16,164 nt of DNA from Candidatus Bipolaricaulia bacterium (lineage in GTDB: Bacteria > Bipolaricaulota > Bipolaricaulia > RBG-16-55-9), in the NCBI GenBank assembly GCA_042219045.1, contig JBDGQO010000066.1, positions 16,467 to 32,630 on the forward strand, given 5' to 3'. Every line of letters starts with the position of its first letter. Positions within the stretch are counted from its first letter, which is position 1. Under the pieces are notes generated by a model. It ran no database searches, had not been told where the DNA came from, and was given only the letters and a program-made list of their open reading frames with translations. Below, piece by piece: positions 10,661 to 16,164 of the stretch. A program made the translations under genes and the position numbers.

Positions 10661-10689
10661 ATTGTAGCCCCGACGTTCCCTCGTTTCAA
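10661..10689 (-). promoter_or_regulatory. sigma70-type promoter for the tRNA-Pro(CGG)/tRNA-Gly(TCC) pair
   Basis: On the minus strand, TTGAAA (10689-10684), 17-bp spacer, TACAAT (10666-10661). Confidence 0.78.
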
Positions 10690-10750
10690 GATGTTTCAAC
10701 GATGGCGAGCTTACCTCGTTTCCCCGTTAGCAAGCCGAGCCCTGCTCATC

Positions 10751-12451
10751 CTAGCGCGAGACGATAACGAGGCTTTCCACGGGGCCGCTCTGCGTGTTCG
10801 CAAGCACCCGAAGCGCGACCAGCGGGTCGTCGCCCAAGTTCTGCACGGCCTTGTTCCAGTCCTGGACCGTCTTGATGGGAGTCTCGTTGACCTCGAGGAT
10901 GACCTGACGCGGCTGCAGCTCGTTGCTCAAGGCGGCCGGACTGTCCGGCTTGATGCCGGTGATCACAACGCCTTGCGTCGTCTGGAAGCCGAGCTGCTCG
11001 GCGATCTCCGAGGTGTTGGGCTTGACCGTCAGGCCGAGTGCCGACGCCGGTTCCGGCTGCTTTTCCGGATCCTTGCGCTGGGATGGCTGCTCCGGCGAGC
11101 GCTGCGACATCTCGTTGCTGGACGGACGGGTGCCCAACGTGATCTCGACCTTCATCTGTTGTCCGTCGCGCAGGATCGTCAACCGGACGGTCTCGCCCGG
11201 CGATCGATATTGGATCGCGTTCTGCAAGTCCTCCACGCGCTTGGTGCGCTGGCCGTCGACGCGGCGGATGATGTCCTCGCTCTGCAGGACGCCATCGGCA
11301 GGCGAGCCTTCGATCGGGCTCTGCACGAGCACGCCGCTGTGCGGCTCCACGTTGAAGTAGCGCGCGTACTGCGGCGACAGCTCTTCAATGTAGACGCCGA
11401 GCCAGGCACGGGTCACTTGCCCCTGGCTGACGAGCTGTTTGAGCACCTTTTTGACGGGATCGATCGGCACGGCGAAGCCGATTCCCAGCGACCCTTGCGA
11501 TCGACCGCTGAGGATCGCCGTGTTGATGCCGACCACGTGTCCGTTGGCATTCACGAGCGGACCGCCGGAGTTTCCGGGGTTGATGGCCGCGTCGGTCTGG
11601 ATCATGTTCGTCATCTGCCCCGATCCGTTGGGGCGCGGCACGTCGCGGTTGAGCGAGCTGACGATGCCGGCGGTGACGCTGTGGTTGAGGCCGAAGGGGT
11701 TGCCGATCGCCGTGACCCAGTCGCCGACCTCCAGCGAGGCTGAATCCCCGAGCTCGGCAACGGGCACGCTTCCCAATTGGGGATGGCCCGGCTCCGGCTC
11801 CAGCACCGCCAGGTCGAGTCGGGGATCGGACCCGATCACCTTGGCCGACATCTTGGCGCCGTTCGGGAGACTGAGCTGGATGCCTGTGGCACCGCGGACG
11901 ACGTGATGGTTCGTCAAGACGTATTTCTCGCCCTGGTAGTCGATGAAAAAGCCCGAGCCGAGGGATTTCTTCGGCGGCAGCTGGGGCTGCTGTTCGGGTT
12001 GCTGTCCGGGGTTCTCCGGCGTCTGGAACGGCCAGAAGCGTTTTAAGAGTTCCTCGTCCAACCCGCCGCTCGAGGTGCGCTCCTTCGTGACGTCGATGCG
12101 CACGACCGACGGGGCGGTGTGCTCGATCGCCTGTTTCGTGGCCCGCTGGCCGGCCGCTGCGATTAGGGAATTGAGCTGGTCCGTCGACAGCGACTGGAGC
12201 CAATCGTCGGCATTGATCTGGGCACTTGGCGACTGTTGCGCACTGGCAACCGTCGAGCTGGCGGGCGCGGCGGTTGTGTCGTCGGTGTCACCGCTGGAGT
12301 CATCCGGCTTCATTTGCTGGCTTTCAGTCTGGGGACTGCTGGCATCGGGTTGCGACATCGCGTCGGTCGGCGCCAACGGCGTCACGGCCCAGATCAGGCC
12401 GACCGCCAGCGCGAGGAGCGCGAGCGTGGGCCATAGCATCCATCGTCTCAT
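10751..12451 (-). CDS. htrA: DegP/HtrA (Do/DeqQ-family) serine endoprotease with two PDZ domains, ~566 aa
   Basis: ATG at 12451 with an AAGGAGG RBS. N-terminal signal/TM segment (MRRWMLWPTLALLALAVGLIWA). Catalytic triad motifs LTNHHVV, DLAVL and INPGNSGGPL. PDZ1 AWLGV..GSPA; PDZ2 LGLTV..DSPA. Confidence 0.94.
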   Translation of the reverse strand: MRRWMLWPTLALLALAVGLIWAVTPLAPTDAMSQPDASSPQTESQQMKPDDSSGDTDDTTAAPASSTVASAQQSPSAQINADDWLQSLSTDQLNSLIAAAGQRATKQAIEHTAPSVVRIDVTKERTSSGGLDEELLKRFWPFQTPENPGQQPEQQPQLPPKKSLGSGFFIDYQGEKYVLTNHHVVRGATGIQLSLPNGAKMSAKVIGSDPRLDLAVLEPEPGHPQLGSVPVAELGDSASLEVGDWVTAIGNPFGLNHSVTAGIVSSLNRDVPRPNGSGQMTNMIQTDAAINPGNSGGPLVNANGHVVGINTAILSGRSQGSLGIGFAVPIDPVKKVLKQLVSQGQVTRAWLGVYIEELSPQYARYFNVEPHSGVLVQSPIEGSPADGVLQSEDIIRRVDGQRTKRVEDLQNAIQYRSPGETVRLTILRDGQQMKVEITLGTRPSSNEMSQRSPEQPSQRKDPEKQPEPASALGLTVKPNTSEIAEQLGFQTTQGVVITGIKPDSPAALSNELQPRQVILEVNETPIKTVQDWNKAVQNLGDDPLVALRVLANTQSGPVESLVIVSR

Positions 12452-12616
12452 CGGCGAGTCCCTCCTTCGGAGTACCGCGGTCGGACGGGTTGACTGAAGC
12501 GATTCGTCGCTTAAACCGTCGAGCATTATAACGACGACGGCGGCCTTGCCGACACATCGGCGATGGACCCTACCATTCTCCCGTTTTGAAGGGGATTACG
12601 GGCAATTCGCGGTTGC

Positions 12617-12646
12617 TTGATCCGCGGCGGGGACACGGGGTACACT
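12617..12646 (+). promoter_or_regulatory. sigma70-type promoter for tRNA-Pro(GGG)
   Basis: TTGATC (12617-12622), 18-bp spacer, TACACT (12641-12646), 10 nt before the tRNA. Confidence 0.65.
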
Positions 12647-12656
12647 GAACTTTCTG

Positions 12657-12733
12657 CGGGACGTGGCGCAGTCTGGTAGCGCGCTGCCATGGGGAGGCAG
12701 AGGCCGCCGGTTCAAATCCGGCCGTCCCGACCA
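12657..12733 (+). tRNA. tRNA-Pro(GGG)
   Basis: CGGGACGTGGCGCAGTCTGGTAGCGCG-CTGCC-AT GGG GA-GGCAG-AGGCC-GCCGGTTCAAATCCGGC-CGTCCCG-A-CCA. Confidence 0.97.
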
Positions 12734-12791
12734 ACCGCACTCGTCGAGATCACGCGACGGATCGCACATCGTAAGGAGGGACGAGCTCGCC

Positions 12792-13472
12792 ATGGCAAAG
12801 CTGACGTTTGTCGGCCATGCAACCGTGGAAATTCAAAGCGGCGACCATTCCGTTCTCATAGATCCGTTCATCAGCGACAATCCCGTGGCCCAGCACGGCG
12901 TCGACGACTTCGCCCCGGACGCCATTCTGTTGACGCACGGCCACTTCGACCACATCCCTGACGCCGTGCCCTTGGCCAAGCAACACGGCTGCCCCATCGT
13001 GGCACCCGTGGAGCTGGCGAACTACTGCGATTCACAGGGAGCCCCCGAGGCCGTCGGCATGAACACGGGCGGCGTGACGTCGTTCGACTTCGGCACCGTG
13101 ATGTTCACGCAGGCGTTTCACAGTTCCAGCTATGACGGCCAATACATGGGCCAACCGTGCGGCATCGTTTTGACCACGCACGAGGGTCACAACGTCTACC
13201 ACGCCGGCGATACCGCGCTGTTCAGCGACATGGAGCTGATCGGCGAGCAGGGGATCGACGTGGCGCTGCTGCCCATCGGCAGCCACTTCACCATGGACCC
13301 GAAGGCCGCGGCCCGGGCCGCCGAGTTCATCGGGCCCCAGTACGTCGTGCCCATCCACTACAACACGTTCCCGCCGATCGAGCAGAACGCCGAGGCCTTC
13401 AAGAAGGTCGTCGAGGAACGGACGTCCGCCCACGTGCTCGTCCTGGAGCCGGGCGAGTCTCATGAATTCTGA
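12792..13472 (+). CDS. UPF0173 metal-dependent hydrolase (metallo-beta-lactamase fold), 226 aa
   Basis: TAAGGAGG RBS before ATG 12792; motifs GHAT, LIDPF, THGHFDH (HxHxDH), AFHSSS, YHAGDT, LLPIG..FTM, PIHYNTFP. Confidence 0.92.
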   Translation: MAKLTFVGHATVEIQSGDHSVLIDPFISDNPVAQHGVDDFAPDAILLTHGHFDHIPDAVPLAKQHGCPIVAPVELANYCDSQGAPEAVGMNTGGVTSFDFGTVMFTQAFHSSSYDGQYMGQPCGIVLTTHEGHNVYHAGDTALFSDMELIGEQGIDVALLPIGSHFTMDPKAAARAAEFIGPQYVVPIHYNTFPPIEQNAEAFKKVVEERTSAHVLVLEPGESHEF

Positions 13473-13513
13473 ATGACGCCGGCCAACCTCCCGGCACGTG
13501 ACCGCTGTCGGGG

Positions 13514-13542
13514 TTGGGCATCCGCGTCGACGGCGCTAAGCT
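13514..13542 (+). promoter_or_regulatory. Putative promoter upstream of the nrdJ leader
   Basis: TTGGGC (13514-13519), 17-bp spacer, TAAGCT (13537-13542); predicted +1 (~13546-13550) coincides with the 5' foot of the leader stem. Confidence 0.4.
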
Positions 13543-13545
13543 CAG

Positions 13546-13653
13546 GGTGCAGCAGCTCGATGGCTGTCTTGCCGATCACAGACTAACCGGGTCCGGTTTT
13601 ATAGTCTCGTTGGAGAACGTCTGTCTTCTGTGATACGCCCAGCTGCTGACACC
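13546..13653 (+). ncRNA. Candidate structured 5' leader or sRNA upstream of nrdJ
   Basis: Closing stem GGTG-CAGCAGCT (13546-57) / AGCTGCTG-a-CACC (13641-53); ATCACAGA (13575-82) / TCTGTGAT (13627-34); inner hairpins 13580-13607 and 13608-13619. Confidence 0.4.
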
Positions 13654-13693
13654 ACCGACGGACGAACCCGATCACTTGACGAAGGGGGATAGC

Positions 13694-16072
13694 ATGGCGC
13701 AACGCGCTCCGACCCAAGCGGCGGATTTTCCGGCCGAAACGGTCGAGTACTTCAATCACGACGAACTGCGCGTCCGATGTTTCCTGGACAAATACGCCCT
13801 GCGGGATTTGGACGGCACGATCCTGGAATTTACGCCGCCGGAGATGTGGCAGCGCATCGCGCGTGAGATGGCCTCGGTGGAGCCCACGGAGGCCAAACAG
13901 CACGAGTGGCAAGAGAAGTTCAACTGGCTCCTGGAGGATTTCCGATTCGTGCCGGGCGGCCGGATCATGTTCGGAGCCGGGCAGCCGCGCGAGGCGACGT
14001 TGCTCAACTGCTATGTAATCCCCATCGAAGCCGACTCGCTGGAGGAGATCTTCGAGTGGTGCAAAAAGGCCGGACGGACGTACAGCTACGGCGGCGGCGT
14101 CGGCACCGACATCTCGTCGCTGCGACCCAAGGGTGCGCCCGTCAACAACGCGGCCATCTACTCCACGGGCTCGGTCTCGTTCATGGATCTCTTCTCGCTC
14201 ACAACGGGCACCATCGGCCAAGCCGGACGCCGCGGGGCGCTCATGCTGACCATCAGCTCCGATCACCCCGACCTCTTGGACTTCATCGACGTCAAGAACG
14301 ACGCCGAGCGCCAGAAGGTCCAGTTTGCCAACATCAGCGTCCGGATCTCGGGCAAGTTCATGCGCGCGGTGCGCAACGACGACGAACACACCCTCACCTT
14401 TGACAGCGACGTCACCGGCCCGATCGAAAAGACCGTCAACGCCCGCGAGATTTGGGAAAAGCTCATTGAAAGCGCCCACGGTAGCGCCGAACCCGGGCTG
14501 ATCTTTTGGGACAACGTCAAGCAGGAGTCCACGACCGAATACAACGGCATGGAAGTCATCACGACCAACCCGTGCTCGGAGATCCCGCTCGAGCCTTACG
14601 GCTGCTGCTGCCTGGGGAACATCAATCTGGCCCAGTTCGTCAACGACGAGTTCGACGACGACGCCCGCGTCGACTGGGACGGCCTGGAACACGCCGCCCG
14701 GTACGCCACGCGCTTTCTGGACAACGTGCTCGACTACAACGCCGACAAGCATCCCCTCCAAGAGCAGAAGGACGCCTCGCTCTGGTCCCGCCGCATCGGC
14801 GTCGGCTTCACCGGATTCGGCGACATGCTGATCAAGCTCGGCTACAAGTACGACTCCGACGAGGCCGTCGAGTTCACCGACGAGCTCTTCGGCCAGATCA
14901 AGCACCTGGTCTACGACGAGAGCACCGAGCTGGCCCAGGAGAAGGGCTCATTCCCCGCGTTCGACGCCGAGAAGCACCTGGACAGCGCCTTCGTCCAGCG
15001 CCTCGACGAGGGCACCCGCGAGAAGATCCAAACGAACGGGTTGCGCAACGCGGCGCTGCTGACCGTGCCGCCCGTGGGGTCGGGCTCGGTCCTGGCCGGT
15101 TGCACCTCCGGGGTTGAGCCGATCTTCGCGCTCAAGTACGTCCGCAAGAGCAAGTCGCTGTCGGGCGAGTCGTTCAACGTGCTCCATCCGTTGGTGCGGG
15201 ACTACGCCACGCATCATGGCTGGGACGAGGATCACGAGCCGGACGAGGTGCTCGAGCAACTGCCGGACTCGTTCGTGACCGCCCACGAGATCGATCCCTT
15301 CTTCCGGGTCAAGATGCAGGGCACCATCCAGGCCCATATCGACCACGCCATCTCCTCGACGCTCAACCTGCGGGAGGACATCTCCGTCGAGGAAGTGGAT
15401 CGGATCTATCGCTACGGCCACGAGCTGGGCTGCAAGGGGATCACCGTCTATCGCGAGGGCTCCCGCGAGGGGATCCTCCTCACCGAGGAGAAGGCCGCCT
15501 CCGAGGAGGCCGAATCGGAGGAGAGCGAAGCCAAGCGGGCGTCGCGCGCTCCCCGACCGCGCCCGAAGGTCGTCCAAGGCAAGACGTTCCGCATGCACAC
15601 CGAGCTGGGCAACCTCTACGTGACGATCAACGAGGACGAGAAGGGCATGGTCGAAGTCTTTGCCAACCTCGGCAAGTCCGGCAGCTCGGCGATGGCGTTC
15701 ACCGAGGCCATCACGCGATTGATTTCGCTCGCCCTGCGCTCGGGCGTCAAGCCGACGGCGATCATGGACGAGCTGAGCCTCATCCGCGGCATGCGCCCCA
15801 TGGTCCAGGAGGACGGCACGGTCGTCGTGTCGGTGCCGGACGCGATCGCCAAAGCGATGGAGGAGCATCTTCAAGGGGGCAAGCAGCTCTCGCTGTTGGA
15901 GAACATGGAGAACCGGCCGGGCCGGACGCATCAAGACATGGGCGAAGCCGCCGGCACGAACGGCTTCGAAAAGACGCGCCAGGCGGAGCTGTGCCCGAGC
16001 TGCGGCGGCCTGCTGATGTTCACCAACGGCTGTTATCTCTGTCAGGACTGCGGCTTCAGCGAGTGCGACTGA
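13694..16072 (+). CDS. nrdJ: Class II (adenosylcobalamin-dependent) ribonucleotide reductase with C-terminal TSCPD-like domain and zinc ribbon, ~792 aa
   Basis: ATG 13694 after an AAGGGGG RBS. Motifs PGGRI, LLNCYV, GGGVG, RRGALM, NISV, EPG, catalytic TNPCSEIPL, CLGNINL, RRIGVG, AISSTLN, KGITVYREGSR. TSCPD-like region G.LYVTIN..RLISLALRSG..SVPDAIA. C-terminal CPSC..CYLCQDCGFSECD. No ATP cone and no adjacent beta-subunit gene seen. Confidence 0.93.
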   Translation: MAQRAPTQAADFPAETVEYFNHDELRVRCFLDKYALRDLDGTILEFTPPEMWQRIAREMASVEPTEAKQHEWQEKFNWLLEDFRFVPGGRIMFGAGQPREATLLNCYVIPIEADSLEEIFEWCKKAGRTYSYGGGVGTDISSLRPKGAPVNNAAIYSTGSVSFMDLFSLTTGTIGQAGRRGALMLTISSDHPDLLDFIDVKNDAERQKVQFANISVRISGKFMRAVRNDDEHTLTFDSDVTGPIEKTVNAREIWEKLIESAHGSAEPGLIFWDNVKQESTTEYNGMEVITTNPCSEIPLEPYGCCCLGNINLAQFVNDEFDDDARVDWDGLEHAARYATRFLDNVLDYNADKHPLQEQKDASLWSRRIGVGFTGFGDMLIKLGYKYDSDEAVEFTDELFGQIKHLVYDESTELAQEKGSFPAFDAEKHLDSAFVQRLDEGTREKIQTNGLRNAALLTVPPVGSGSVLAGCTSGVEPIFALKYVRKSKSLSGESFNVLHPLVRDYATHHGWDEDHEPDEVLEQLPDSFVTAHEIDPFFRVKMQGTIQAHIDHAISSTLNLREDISVEEVDRIYRYGHELGCKGITVYREGSREGILLTEEKAASEEAESEESEAKRASRAPRPRPKVVQGKTFRMHTELGNLYVTINEDEKGMVEVFANLGKSGSSAMAFTEAITRLISLALRSGVKPTAIMDELSLIRGMRPMVQEDGTVVVSVPDAIAKAMEEHLQGGKQLSLLENMENRPGRTHQDMGEAAGTNGFEKTRQAELCPSCGGLLMFTNGCYLCQDCGFSECD

Positions 16073-16164
16073 CGGCCCATCGCAGGCATCGCGCATGCGC
16101 TGGCAACGAGCATCGAACGACGCCTGTGGGCTGATCGTTTCCCCATCGGCGCTGCGGCCCGAGC

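Noticed and set aside
10691..12497. ORFs antisense to or overlapping htrA, and the TTG start at 12526
   Set aside because: Shadow ORFs; the AAGGAGG RBS and signal peptide support ATG 12451.
13473..13693. Cobalamin riboswitch, NrdR box or SRP RNA upstream of nrdJ
   Set aside because: No GGGAA..GCCACTG B12-box pattern, no acaC(a/t)AtATaT(a/t)Gtg-like palindrome, and no CAGG-n-CCGGAAGG-AAGCAG SRP motif visible. Hairpin 13483-13517 lacks a U-tract, so it was not called a terminator.
13694..16072. Intein or intron in nrdJ; antisense ORFs 13583..14905 and 14948..16096
   Set aside because: Protein length and motif spacing are normal with no inserted splicing or endonuclease domain; the antisense ORFs are shadows.

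Overview
GC-rich bacterial chromosomal window with acidic proteins, possibly from a halophile. It starts in the 3' end of a glycerate kinase gene. It contains eight tRNA genes in four small groups: Gly-GCC/Leu-TAG/Arg-TCG, His-GTG/Arg-TCT, Gly-TCC/Pro-CGG and Pro-GGG; most have their own near-consensus sigma70 promoter. Protein-coding content is a complete GlgE alpha-glucan pathway operon (glgE, treS-mak fusion, glgB), a DUF3105-like membrane protein, two small hypothetical proteins, a DegP/HtrA protease, a UPF0173 metallo-beta-lactamase-fold hydrolase and a class II (B12-dependent) ribonucleotide reductase NrdJ. No transposase, integrase, CRISPR array or intein was seen. The most interesting unexplained signals are non-coding. 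(1) A ~290-nt, densely base-paired multi-hairpin element lies just downstream of tRNA-Gly(TCC). (2) A ~110-nt rod/branched structure lies in the putative nrdJ 5' leader. (3) The tRNA-His looks like a re-programmed copy of tRNA-Gly(TCC). (4) There is a tRNA-Arg(UCG), and several promoters are overlapped by inverted repeats. All calls were made by eye; no searches or folding programs were run.
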